DNA from: an uncultured Actinomycetes bacterium
GTDB lineage: Bacteria > Actinomycetota > UBA4738 > HRBIN12
Assembly: GCA_963704725.1 (NCBI GenBank)
Contig: OY969934.1
Span: 992,001-1,056,000, forward strand
Reading direction: 5' to 3'
DNA: 64,000 nucleotides
The position numbers and the translations under genes were made by a program. A model generated the notes under the pieces. It did not search any database and was not told the origin of the DNA. It saw only the letters and a program-made list of their open reading frames with translations. Shown piece by piece: positions 1-10,700 of the stretch; position 1 is the first letter of the stretch; each line of letters opens with the position of its first letter.

Positions 1-261
<261 letters not shown>

Positions 262-317
262 CCACGCCGTTCGCCGGACCCGGCCGAGCGGGCCGCCGCC
301 GATAGACTGGACCGGCC

Positions 318-1580
318 ATGGCGCAAGCCCATCACGTCCACGATCACGACAGCGGCGAGGGCCTGCGCACGGTCGAGGAGGCGCGCGCCGGCGTCCTCGA
401 GAAGGTCTCGCCGCTCCAGCCGCTCGAGCTGCCGCTGACCGAGGCGTACGGATGCGTGCTCGCGCGCGACGTCGTCGCCGACACCGACATCCCCGCGTTC
501 GCGAGCTCGGCGATGGACGGGTTCGCCGTGCGGTCCTCGGAGGTGGTCGGCGCGACGCCGACCGCGCCGGTCGAGCTCCGGGTCGCCGGGCGCGCGCTGA
601 TCGGCCGCCGCCCCGAGGGCACGGTCGGAGGGGGCGAGGCGATCCGGATCGCCACTGGCGCGCCGGTGCCGGCGGGCGCCGACACGATCGTGCCGATCGA
701 GGACTGCGAGCTCGTCGGAGAGAACGTCCGCATCCTGGCCGGGCCGCCCGAGGGCCGCCACATCCGGCCGGCCGGGGAGGACGCCAAGGCGAACGAGCCG
801 CTCGTCGCCGCGGGCCGGCGACTGCAGGCTCCCGAGCTCGGCCTGCTCGCGACGGCCGGCGTCTCCCATCCCCTCGTCCGGCCTCGGCCCCGCGTCGTCG
901 TCCTGTCGACGGGTGACGAGCTGATCCCGCCGACGCAGACGCCGGAGTTCGGGCAGATCCGCGACTCCAACGCGTACACGCTGTTCGCCGCGCTACGTGA
1001 GGCCGGCGCCGTGCCCATGCTGGCCGGCATCATCCGGGACGACGTGGACGCGCTGAAGGAGACCGTGCTCTCGCACCTGGTCCAGGCCGACGCGTTCGTC
1101 TCCTCCGGCGGCGTGTCGGTGGGGGAGCGCGACGTGGTCAAGGCGGCCTTCTTCCGGCGCGGCGAGCTCGACTTCTACAAGGTCGCGATGCAGCCGGGCA
1201 TGCCGCAGGGGTTCGGGACGATCGAGGGGAAGCCGTACTTCGGCCTGCCCGGCAACCCGGTCAGCGTGTTCGTGAGCTTCGAGGTCTTCATCCGGCCGGC
1301 GCTCATGAAGATGATGGGTCGGCGGAACCTCCTGCGCCCCGAGGTCACCGCACGGCTGGAGGAGCCGGTGACGGGTCCCCGGGGCAAGACCCAGTTCGCG
1401 CGCGTCCGGGTGAAGCGAACGCGCGACGGTTGGGTGGCCCATCCCACGGGCGGGCGCGGCTCGAACCTGATCGCCACCGTGGCGCGAGCCAACGGGCTCG
1501 CCGTGGTCCCCGCCGGCGTCGAGACCGCCGAGGCGGGTTCCGAGGTCCGCGTGATGCTGTTCCGCTCGATGGAGGACTGA
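318..1580 (+). CDS. moeA: Molybdopterin molybdotransferase MoeA/Glp
   Basis: SAMDGFAV, STGDEL, SSGGVSVG and GLPGNPVS motifs. Confidence 0.96.
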   Translation: MAQAHHVHDHDSGEGLRTVEEARAGVLEKVSPLQPLELPLTEAYGCVLARDVVADTDIPAFASSAMDGFAVRSSEVVGATPTAPVELRVAGRALIGRRPEGTVGGGEAIRIATGAPVPAGADTIVPIEDCELVGENVRILAGPPEGRHIRPAGEDAKANEPLVAAGRRLQAPELGLLATAGVSHPLVRPRPRVVVLSTGDELIPPTQTPEFGQIRDSNAYTLFAALREAGAVPMLAGIIRDDVDALKETVLSHLVQADAFVSSGGVSVGERDVVKAAFFRRGELDFYKVAMQPGMPQGFGTIEGKPYFGLPGNPVSVFVSFEVFIRPALMKMMGRRNLLRPEVTARLEEPVTGPRGKTQFARVRVKRTRDGWVAHPTGGRGSNLIATVARANGLAVVPAGVETAEAGSEVRVMLFRSMED

Positions 1581-1585
1581 GCGGG

Positions 1586-2080
1586 ATGGACGCCGCCGCA
1601 CCCGGCTCGCCCACGTCCGGACGACCGGAGGACGCCGCCCGGATCGTCGAGGTCGGCGCGAAGGAGGTCACGGAGCGCGAAGCGGTGGCGGAGTGCGTCG
1701 TCACGATGACGGCGGAGGCGTGCGCCCACCTGGTCGCCGGCACGCCGAAGGGCAACCCGCTGGAGGCCGCGCGGATCGCCGGCGTGATGGGCGTGAAGCG
1801 GACGCCGGACCTGCTCCCCTTCTGCCATCCGATCGCGATCACGGGCGCCGAGGTGATCGTCACGCCGGAGCTCGAGACCGGCCGCATCCACGTGCGCTCG
1901 ACGGTCCGCGCGATGGACCGCACCGGCGCCGAGATGGAGGCGCTCACGGCGTCCGCGGTGGCCGCGCTCTCGCTGTACGACACGGCGAAGGCGTACGACC
2001 GCGCCGCGCGCATCGACGGCCTGCGCCTGCTCGAGAAGCGCGGCGGCAAGTCCGGTCACTACGTCGCCGACGCGGGCTGA
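1586..2080 (+). CDS. moaC: Cyclic pyranopterin monophosphate synthase MoaC
   Basis: LLPFCHPI, TGAEMEALTA, LYDTAKA and LLEKRGGKSG motifs; ATG at 1586 just after the moeA stop. Confidence 0.93.
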   Translation: MDAAAPGSPTSGRPEDAARIVEVGAKEVTEREAVAECVVTMTAEACAHLVAGTPKGNPLEAARIAGVMGVKRTPDLLPFCHPIAITGAEVIVTPELETGRIHVRSTVRAMDRTGAEMEALTASAVAALSLYDTAKAYDRAARIDGLRLLEKRGGKSGHYVADAG

Positions 2081-2250
2081 TCGCTCGATCGCGCAACGGC
2101 GACGCGCGAGGTGACGCGCGGAACCTCGATCCGGGGTTGCGCGGAAATGATCGTTGGTGTTTGTGGTCGCACAGGTGAGCTGCTAGGTTCCAGACCCAGC
2201 CCAACATTGCAGTGGCGGACCGGGGCTCCGATCACCGGGGGGCTGGGCGC

Positions 2251-2823
2251 ATGGGTTGGATGTTGTTCGCGGCTCTGTGCACGATGTGGACCGCGTTCCT
2301 CCTCCCAGGTCGGAGGAGCTCCCCCGGCCGGAGCATGGAGGATTTCGAGCGACACATGGACCTCTTGGCGGACCAGAACGGGCACGGACGCTGGATCGTC
2401 ACCCCGCGCAAGGGGATGGCGTTCGTCGGACGGAAGGAACGCGCGGCGCAACGCGCTCGCGAGCGCCGACGGCGGGTCTTCGTGTTCCTGCTCGAGAGCA
2501 TCAGCCTGAGCTTCCTGATCGGCCTCGTCCCTCCGTTGCGCGCGATGTGGTACGCATCCGGCGCGCTGTTCCTGCTCCTCGGCGCGTACGCGTGGCTCCT
2601 CGTCTCGATGAAGGCTCGCAGCTCGCAGGCGCGAGCGTTCGTTCGCGAGCGGCAGGCGGCACCGGCGGAGCGTCCGCGTCCCGCTCGGCACCGCTACGCG
2701 ACGGACGCCGCGGGACGCACGCCGAGAGCCGCGTTCAACGGCCTCCCCGCGCTCGGCGCGGACGACCTCGCGAACATCGTGGTCAAGCGCGCGGGACGCC
2801 AGGTCGGCGTCGTGCGCGTCTAG
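2251..2823 (+). CDS. Membrane protein, possibly SepX/GlpR-like
   Basis: N-terminal TM helix, RARERRRRV basic patch, then two TM helices; position between moeA/moaC and tRNA-Ala matches actinobacterial glpR/sepX synteny. Confidence 0.6.
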   Translation: MGWMLFAALCTMWTAFLLPGRRSSPGRSMEDFERHMDLLADQNGHGRWIVTPRKGMAFVGRKERAAQRARERRRRVFVFLLESISLSFLIGLVPPLRAMWYASGALFLLLGAYAWLLVSMKARSSQARAFVRERQAAPAERPRPARHRYATDAAGRTPRAAFNGLPALGADDLANIVVKRAGRQVGVVRV

Positions 2824-2832
2824 GCTTCGCGC

Positions 2833-3471
2833 GTGGATCTCGACGAACCCGCCGAGCGCATCCGGCATCGCTTCGACGCCCGCATGGAGGCCCGAGAACG
2901 GGCGCTACCCGCCTCGCGCGCCGCGATCCGCTCGTGCGCGAACGCGATCCGGGCCATCCATCGGGGCGAGCTCGAGCTCGCGCATCGCTTGATGGACGAG
3001 GCGCGGGCCTCGCTCGACGCCGGCCTGGAGGCCGTCGCCGGCCATCCCGAGATCCGGTTCGCCGGGTACCTGCAGGACGCGCAGAAGGAGTACGCCGAGG
3101 CGCGCGTCACGGAGGCCGTCGTGACCCGCGCCGACCACGTCCCCACCCCGGAGGAGCTCGCCGTCGAGGACGGCCCCTACCTCAACGGTCTGGCCGAGGC
3201 GGTGGGGGAGGCCCGTCGCCACGCCCTCGACCTGCTGCGGCACCGGCGGGTGGTGGAGGCGGAGGACGTGCTGCTCGCGATGGACGACCTGTACGCGGTG
3301 CTCGTCACGATGGACTACCCCGACGCGATCACCGGCAACCTGCGCCGGAGCACGGACGTGGCCAGGAGCCTGATCGAGAAGACCAGGGGCGACCTCTCGG
3401 TGGCCAGGGTCTCGCAGGATCTGCACGACGCGCTCGAGCGCCACGCCCGCCAGGTGCTGAAGGAGGAGTGA
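2833..3471 (+). CDS. Translin/TRAX (C3PO)-family protein
   Basis: All-helical; AIHRG, AQKEYAEA and YLNGLAEAVGEARR match prokaryotic translin-family signatures (QEYxEA, YLxGLxDxxGELRR). Confidence 0.85.
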   Translation: MDLDEPAERIRHRFDARMEARERALPASRAAIRSCANAIRAIHRGELELAHRLMDEARASLDAGLEAVAGHPEIRFAGYLQDAQKEYAEARVTEAVVTRADHVPTPEELAVEDGPYLNGLAEAVGEARRHALDLLRHRRVVEAEDVLLAMDDLYAVLVTMDYPDAITGNLRRSTDVARSLIEKTRGDLSVARVSQDLHDALERHARQVLKEE

Positions 3472-3474
3472 GCG

Positions 3475-3924
3475 ATGGCCGTTCGCAAGGACAAGGTTCG
3501 TGAGCAGTACCTGGCCGCCGTGCAGCAGCATCTGGAGCCGGGCGAGCAGCTCGTGACGGGTGCGTACGCCATCCAGGGGCCGAGCCCGCTGTGGGTGTCC
3601 GGCCTATTCGGGCTCATCGGCATGGTGGTGGCCAACGTCCGCTACTACTTCGTGTGGGTGACGGATCGCCGCGTGCTGTTCCTCAAGGGCTCGTTCTGGA
3701 CGGCACGTCCCACGGGGTTCGCGTGGTCCGATCTGCGATCGGCCGTCCAGATCAACGAGGTCTCGCCGGCGATGACCTGGAGCTGGTTGCGCTACCACCG
3801 GCCCGCAGGCGGGAAGCCGATCCGGCTGAACTTCGCCCGACCCTGGCGCGACGAGTTCGGTCAGATCACCGCAGCGCTATCAGGGAGCGGCGCGTCCACG
3901 CCGCCCGCTCCGCCGCCGACCTGA
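3475..3924 (+). CDS. Hypothetical protein (bacterial PH-like fold possible)
   Basis: Good RBS (GGAGGAG); VTDRRVLF motif; Pro-rich tail. Confidence 0.65.
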   Translation: MAVRKDKVREQYLAAVQQHLEPGEQLVTGAYAIQGPSPLWVSGLFGLIGMVVANVRYYFVWVTDRRVLFLKGSFWTARPTGFAWSDLRSAVQINEVSPAMTWSWLRYHRPAGGKPIRLNFARPWRDEFGQITAALSGSGASTPPAPPPT

Positions 3925-5540
3925 GCCCACGGACCGCTGGTACGCTTGCTCCTCGTCCCGGGGGTGTAGCTCAGTCCGGTAGAGCACTGCCTTCGCACGG
4001 CAGGGGTCGGCGGTTCGAGTCCGCTCACCTCCACTTTCAACGTCTTATTCGAACTCGGGCGAGAGAAGAGAGGCGCGAAGACCTCCGAGAACTCGGCCCG
4101 ACCGATCTTCCGGTCCTTGATGTAGACGGCCTGGAGCACGGCGTCATTGAAGCGTCGTCGCACCAACGGTCGCGCCTTCAGATACGCGGCGTGGCAGTTC
4201 CCGGCGAGCCGGATGGCCGCTCGGAGCACCTCCTGCCAGCCCTCGAGGTCGCCCTCCGTCGCCTGGAGCTCGGCCTTGGCCGCATGCTCGGCGACGCCGA
4301 TGCGATCCTGCTCCGACTTCAGGAGATCGAGCGGGATCGCGTTCGCGTAGAAGGCCTGCAGGAGCTTGCCGCGCTCGTCGGCCGCCTTGGCGAGCGTCCT
4401 GGTGAGGAGCACCCGGCGCTCGGAGGCCTCGGCCTGCCGCTCGACGATCTCGGCCTCCAGCTCCTCGGTGAGCCGGCGTACCCATGAGGGTGGCAGCTGG
4501 ATCCTCCCGTACAGGTCCTCGATGAGCGCCTCGGCGTCCCCGGCCAGGATGTACGGCTGGCGGCACCCGGTCCGGGCTGAACCGCGCTGCCCGAGACAGT
4601 AGAAGTAGAGGTACTTGCCCTTGGCGAGCGTGAGCGACAGGCGCCTGCCGCACTCCCCGCAGTGCAGCAGCCCCTTCAGGTAGTGCTCGTGGCGGCGTTG
4701 GCGGACCCCGGCGACGTCGCGGGCCCGCAGAGTCTCCTGGACCCGGTCGAACAGGCTCTGGGGAATGAGCGCCTTGTGCTGGCCCGGATAGCGGGCGCCT
4801 CCCCACTGCACGACCCCGAGGTAGAACGGGTTCGCCAGCATCTCGGCGAGCTTGGAGATCGAGACCGGAGCGCCCGGCCTTCTCGCGTACGGTGACGTCA
4901 GCCCCTTGGCGTGCATCGTGGCCTGGAGCTCGGGGAGCGAGCAGTCGCCGGTGGCGTACAGCCGGAACGTCTCTCGGACCAGCAGCGCCCGTTCGGGATC
5001 GAGGACCACCTTGGCGATGTCCTTGCCGGCCGTCTTCTCCCTGACGTTCAGGTAGCCGATGGGGGCCTTGGTCGGCCAGCCGCCCATCTTGGCCTTCTGG
5101 GTCATGCCCTTTCGGATCTCGCCGGCCAGGTTGGCCGAGTAGAACTCCGCCATAAGCGCGTGGATGCCCTCCACGAGGCGTCCGGAGGCCGTCTCCTCGA
5201 TGTTCTCGGTCACCGAGACGAGCTGGACCCCCGCGTGGCGAAGTGCCGCCCTGATGGCCACGTGGTCCTCCATGGAGCGGGCCAACCGGTCGATCTTGTG
5301 GACGACGACGGCTCCGATCCCGCCCTCGGCCACCCGGCGGAGCATGGCCTTCAGCATGGGGCGGTCGGCCGTGCGGGCGGACTCGCCGGCATCGGTGAAC
5401 TCGTCTGCGAGGTCCCATCCGCGCTCGGCGATGTGGCGAAGGCACGCCTCCCGCTGGGCGGGGATCGAGTAGCCCTCGCCGGCCTCGTCGTTGGAGGCCT
5501 GCTCCTTGGTGGAGACCCTGAGGTAGATCACCGCGTCCAT
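3861..5540 (-). CDS. Large serine recombinase (integrase); integrated-state ORF reads antisense through the tRNA
   Basis: YLRVST catalytic motif, HKIDRLAR, recombinase domain, CGECG..YFYC zinc ribbon, coiled coil. Confidence 0.95.
   Translation of the reverse strand: MDAVIYLRVSTKEQASNDEAGEGYSIPAQREACLRHIAERGWDLADEFTDAGESARTADRPMLKAMLRRVAEGGIGAVVVHKIDRLARSMEDHVAIRAALRHAGVQLVSVTENIEETASGRLVEGIHALMAEFYSANLAGEIRKGMTQKAKMGGWPTKAPIGYLNVREKTAGKDIAKVVLDPERALLVRETFRLYATGDCSLPELQATMHAKGLTSPYARRPGAPVSISKLAEMLANPFYLGVVQWGGARYPGQHKALIPQSLFDRVQETLRARDVAGVRQRRHEHYLKGLLHCGECGRRLSLTLAKGKYLYFYCLGQRGSARTGCRQPYILAGDAEALIEDLYGRIQLPPSWVRRLTEELEAEIVERQAEASERRVLLTRTLAKAADERGKLLQAFYANAIPLDLLKSEQDRIGVAEHAAKAELQATEGDLEGWQEVLRAAIRLAGNCHAAYLKARPLVRRRFNDAVLQAVYIKDRKIGRAEFSEVFAPLFSRPSSNKTLKVEVSGLEPPTPAVRRQCSTGLSYTPGTRSKRTSGPWAQVGGGAGGVDAPLPDSAAVI
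3960..4033 (+). tRNA. tRNA-Ala(CGC)
   Basis: Cloverleaf: GGGGGTG/CACCTCC acceptor stem with G3:U70, GCTC/GAGC D-arm, CTGCC-TTCGCAC-GGCAG anticodon arm, GGTTCGAGTCC T-arm; CCA not encoded; TGGTACGCT -10 upstream. Confidence 0.97.
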
Positions 5541-5779
5541 CGCTCGTCCTCCTCTTGGTCCTCCAGTGCCAGCGCCAGGTCGACCAGAGCCCGGGCCATC
5601 GGGCGCAGCGCACCCGGCTCGGGAGCATCCGGCCGGTCCACCCCCGGACGCGCAAGCGTAGTCCGGGCAGGTGTCGCTCCCAGGGCGTCGTGCTCGTCGG
5701 CCGAAGCCGTGTTGATCCGGTCGCGACGGCGATCGTGTTCACCCTCGAGTCCGCGCGCATTCGCGCGGCGCGGGGTCAA
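5528..5779 (-). CDS. Small hypothetical protein coupled between relaxase-like gene and integrase
   Basis: Overlaps both neighbours; C-terminal amphipathic helix MARALVDLALAL; start uncertain. Confidence 0.45.
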   Translation of the reverse strand: MTPRRANARGLEGEHDRRRDRINTASADEHDALGATPARTTLARPGVDRPDAPEPGALRPMARALVDLALALEDQEEDERWTR

Positions 5780-6762
5780 GGAGCATGTCGGGGCGGTAGG
5801 GCGCGGAATCGGGGTGTCGCTGCTACGGGAGAGATCCGACGACGGTGGCCGGCATCGGCATCAGTGAAGTACCGGCCGAGGCATCGTGCAGCCGGGTAGA
5901 GGTCACGAGGTCGGGCCGGCAGGTCGATTAGCGACAGGCGATCTCCGTCGGTGGCAAGGTGCTTCCAGGCGACTCCGAGCGCGCCGAGCTCGGTCAGTTG
6001 TTCCTCGCTCGCCACGTACAGCGGGAACGACGTTGCGAGCGAGCCCGAGATGTGCAGGCTTCCGACCGCGGCACGAAGTGCGGAGCCGACCTCCCCCTCG
6101 CGCACCCCCTCCGGGACGATGATGAGGAGATCCGGAAAGCCCGGAAGCTCCTGCTCCTTCGTCCACCCCGCCGCGAGGCGGAGGTAGCCCTCGAGCTTGC
6201 GCGAGAGCGCGCCGAACGCCTCGGTGCCGCGGTCGTACTCCAGGTAGAACTCGCACGTCCCGGCCGGGTGCAGGTACCGGCCGAACCCGTCGGGCTTGAC
6301 CTCGGCGGCCCTCGTGCGGACCCAGTGCTCGGGCCGCCAGGTCACCAGACAGTGGCCCTGGAGGCCTCTGGAGGCCTCGGCGAGCGCGCAGAAGAACGCG
6401 TTGACCCCGAGGCGGTGGGCAAGCAGCAGGTTCGTCCGGTAGCTGTGATCGGGGACCCAGGGCAGTTCGGAGGCGCGGACGCCCTTCGCGTCGGCGACCT
6501 CGGCGAGGCCTGGCTTCGTGAGGTACCAGCAGGCGGGCGGCCTCCCCTCCCCGAAACCCCTCCCCACCGAGAAGGATGAGATGAGATCAAGATCTCTCAG
6601 TTCCTTGAGCCGGTGCTGGGCTCTCCTGAGCGATGCGAAGAAGAGGCTCTTGATCTGGTGGGTGGTGAGGACCTTGTGCTCGAGCAGGCTGAGGAAGATG
6701 GCGTGGTCTCGTTCATCGAGCGAGACCAGGCGGTGAAGGTCGTTTCGTTCTGCTCGAACCAT
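5776..6762 (-). CDS. Replication-relaxation (Replic_Relax) family protein
   Basis: N-terminal wHTH (LTTHQIKSLFF..RLKEL), HRLGVNAFF, VKPDGFG and FYLEYDRGTE..KLEGY PD-(D/E)xK-like motifs. Confidence 0.85.
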   Translation of the reverse strand: MVRAERNDLHRLVSLDERDHAIFLSLLEHKVLTTHQIKSLFFASLRRAQHRLKELRDLDLISSFSVGRGFGEGRPPACWYLTKPGLAEVADAKGVRASELPWVPDHSYRTNLLLAHRLGVNAFFCALAEASRGLQGHCLVTWRPEHWVRTRAAEVKPDGFGRYLHPAGTCEFYLEYDRGTEAFGALSRKLEGYLRLAAGWTKEQELPGFPDLLIIVPEGVREGEVGSALRAAVGSLHISGSLATSFPLYVASEEQLTELGALGVAWKHLATDGDRLSLIDLPARPRDLYPAARCLGRYFTDADAGHRRRISPVAATPRFRALPPRHAP

Positions 6763-7714
6763 GTTCTGGGCACAGCTCCCCCCTCCTTCGGTGGGTGGCC
6801 TTCGGCCAAACAACCCCGTGACCTGCGGTTTCGCGATCTGACGCCCTGTGCTCTCACGCCGCCCACGCGCCGTCGGTGCTCGCAGCACCCGGCTCCCAGG
6901 GACGGTCGCGAGCTCGCGCCAGGGCGCGCGGCCGCAACCTGCCGCCTTTCCGAGGATGTTCAGTTCGTGCCGATCCTCACCTCCTCTGCTCGCGCTCAGG
7001 CATGCTTCGGCAAGCGTCGGCCGGGATCGAATGCCGCCGAGCCGTCCGCGCTTTCGCCGCCTCACCCTCGCGCTGCGTCTGCCGGCACTCGGTCCTCGTC
7101 CGCCTCGAGCCTCCGGTCGTGCGCCTTGCCTCCTTCATCTCCGAGCTCGCCTCCCATGAGGTGCCCGGGTTCGGGGCTGCAGCGCTCCCGTCGGCTCTTG
7201 GCCTCGAAGCCCTTGCGTCCGCCTTGGCGTTCGCGAGGGATGACGGCGTCTTCGCATCCGGCCGGTGGTGACGATTCCTGCCTCCGCCGCCACGGCAACC
7301 CTGCTGGCGAATCAAGTGCCAAGACGTGGCCATCTCCACCCCTACAAAGGCACCAGAGGGGCTCGGATCGTGTCGGCGAGGAGGGGCGAGTTCATGAGGA
7401 GCTTTCGGGGAGTGCAGGTCAGGAGGGGGTTGAGACTCAAAGAGGACCGGAGGGCTTGGGAGCAATAGGCCTCGACCTGTGCCCCGAGCGATAGCAGGTG
7501 CGGGATGGCGTCTCTGTCGATGGTGTCAGGTGGTCCATAGGCGCACCACCTGGTTCGACGCGCGACCAGGCGTTACGCGGCAAACGCCGGACCCTGTCCC
7601 CGATTGGGTCCCCTCAACGAGGGACCTTCGGACATGGGATCCGGCCCCAGGTTCGTGTTCCTTTACCGGACGCGGAGGGGGGCTCGCCGCAGCAGGCGGA
7701 CGAAAGGAATCGCC

Positions 7715-10700
7715 ATGCTGAAGCTGCGCCGTGCCTCTCACCACCTGGACGAGTCACGCTCCTGGCGCGCTCATCTACGTCAGGCGGCGTGCATTGCCAG
7801 CCTTGCCCTCATCGCCGGAACGTTCCCTGCCGTGACCGCAACCGCCGACCCACAGGTGACGCCGGCGGACCAGCAGGTCCTCCTCGCCGAGCCCGGTCCT
7901 CCTCCCAAGGCCCTCACCGATGCCGACCGCATTCCTCCACTTGCCGCCCTGGACGAGGACGGTCAACGCAACCCGGAATCGGTTGCGCTCGTCCTGCCAG
8001 ACGAGCTGGCGACGGCCTCGCCCGGTGACGAGACGGCCGATGCGAGCGCCCAGGGCATCGTCCCCGTGCCTGAGCAAAGCGCTCCCACCGTCGACGTGTT
8101 CGCGTTCGGCGATCCGGACGCCGCACACGCCGCCGTGGTCTCCACCGTCCCGGTGAACACACAGGCCGCGGACGGAACCTGGCAGGATGTCCAGCTCGCG
8201 CCGGAGCCCGGTCAGGGCTGGACGGCGACGATCCCCAACGGTTCGCTGCTGTTCCCGGAGAAGCTCACATCCGAGACCCCGGTTCAGGCCACGTTTGGGC
8301 CCTTCACGATCGGCACGTCGCCCATCGAGTCCGACGCGAGCGCCGTCGGGGGCATCGTCGCAGATGATCGGCCCGGCTCGATCACCTATCCGGAGGTCCT
8401 GGTCGCGACGGACTTCGTCTACTCGGCCACGGCTGCGGGATACGAGGAATTCGTCGTCTTGAAGGACAAGAGCGCATCGTCGACCGTGTCGTGGACGATC
8501 GAGGCGCCGGGACTGGCGCTCGCGCTCGGCGAGGGCGGCGACATCGTGGTCCTTGACGGGAAGGACGCCGTCAGCGTCATCCCGCCGGCCGTGTCGTGGG
8601 ACTCCTCCTTGCCGCCGCGGATCGACAAGGCGCCGTACACGTTGACGCAGACCGGCGAGGGGCGCTTCGAGATGGGCGTCGCTCTCGACCCCGCCTTCCT
8701 CGCCGCGGCCACCTATCCGATCACGATCGACCCCGGATACCAGTACCAGTTCGCCCAGGACAACGACGACACCTACGTGGACTCGAGCACCCCCGATACC
8801 GACTACCGAGATGCCTGGCTTCAGGTCGCAAACGGCGGCCCCGAGCGGCGGGCGTTCGTGCGCTTCGACACGGCCGACCTCCGGCGCGACGACCGCATCG
8901 TCTACGAGGCACGGCTCGACCTGTACGTGTGGGAGGCGACGGAGAACGCCCCCGCCGTGGACGTGCGTCGCGCGACCCAGGCCTGGCCCGACCCGCTCAC
9001 GTGGAACACGCAGCCGTCGGTGGATCCAGACGTCCTTGACTCGGCGAGCTGCGCGTTCTGCCTCGGGTGGATGAGCTTCGACGTCTCGGCCGCCTACCAG
9101 CACTTCCTGCAGAGCGACATCGCCGAGCCCTGGTCCGATGATGGACTTCGGGCCTCGACCGACGGGGCGACCTCGTACCTGTTCCGCTCCGCCGAGAGCG
9201 TCGGCGGGCCGACGCTCTCGCTTTCGTGGAACGACCTGCCGCACGCCCCCTTGCTCGACACCCCGGCGGACGAGTACGTCTTCGAGGACGACACGCCCAC
9301 GCTGAAGGTTCAGGGCGGGCAGGACTGGCCGAGCGATCCGAACAGCGACGTCGTCCTCGTGCAGTTCCAGATCTCCGACGACGGGCAGGACTTCACCGGA
9401 AACCATATCGTCTGGGAGAGCCCGTGGCTCGACTCGCGTTCCTACGTCGTGCCCTCGGGGATCCTCACGGACGGCCAGACCTACTACTGGCGGGCCCGCT
9501 CGTGGGACGCCTGCTACTCGAGCCCCGCCTACCAGATGTGTTCGTACACGGACGCCCTCGGCGCCGAGCACGAGCGCAAAGCGACCGGCGTCCGCTCGTT
9601 CACCGTGGTGATGAAGCACCTCGGCAAGGACGAGCGGTGGGCCATGTGGTCCCACGACCTCGGCAACGGCATGGACCTGAACGTGAACGAGTCAAACGGC
9701 AACCTGTTCCTGGACGTCCCCCTCGACTCCCTCGCCACCCCAGTGGGCGACCTCAGCATCGGCCTGTCGTACAACTCCCAGCAGGAGGCGGACTACGGCC
9801 TGTCGCCGGGCTGGGACGTCGCGATCGGGGCCGCCGGGTCGCTGCGGGATCTGCCGATCGATCTCGTCAAGCTGGACGACTTCCCCGACAACGGCGTGAA
9901 GGTCCGGTTCCGGGGTGGCCGGACCTCCTACTTCCCCCACCGCGATCACCACGTCTTCGCCACGGTCACCGCCGGGGCGGGCACCATCCGGCAGAACGCC
10001 GATGGTGGATTCACGTTCGTGTCGCCGGGCGGCGACCGGTACGAGTTTTCACAAGCCGGCCGGCTCCTTTCGGCCAACCCGGTGGCCACGAACCTGGCCT
10101 CCGGCGCGAATGCGATCAGCTACGTCTACAAGGAACCGAGCTCGACCACGTGACCGACCCTCTCGGCAGGCGGCTGGACCTGACGTGGGCGGGTGGCCAG
10201 CTCACCTCGATCCAGACCTGGGCCGGTCAGGCCTGGACCATCGACTACAACCCGAACAACGGCCGGCTCCAGGACGTCTCGGTCCAGGTCACGAACCCGA
10301 GCACCACCCAGACGCGGACGGAGACGGTCGGCTTCTCCTACTTCATCGGGGCCCAACGCCCAGGAGGACTCCTTGCCGAGATCGACGACGGCGAGACGTT
10401 CACCGGCGGCCGTGACGGCTGGACGGTGGAGTACTCGGAGGACTCCGAAGAGAACTGGCGGGTCTCGACGCTCACCCCGCCGCCGGGCGGCGGGCCTGAG
10501 CCGCTCTCCTCCTGGGTCTTCCAGTACCTCGGCGACGTCATGGGCTCCACCGCGGCGACGGCGTGCGTGACCGACCCGCTGGGGACCGCGGACACGCAGG
10601 GTGAGATCACCTGCGACCAGGCGCATCAGACGATCGTCGACTTCAACTGGGCGGGCTTTCCCGTCCGCATCGCGGGCCCCGCAGACCAGACGGGGTACTG

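Noticed and set aside
6763-7714. Small ORFs in the gap of element 1
   Set aside because: No motifs or convincing RBS; treated as probable regulatory or origin DNA.
9226-10125. N-terminal ~300 aa of the 1901-aa ORF as a real protein start
   Set aside because: Arg/Pro-rich shadow frame of the upstream rhs half; the real sequence switches frame near 10130.
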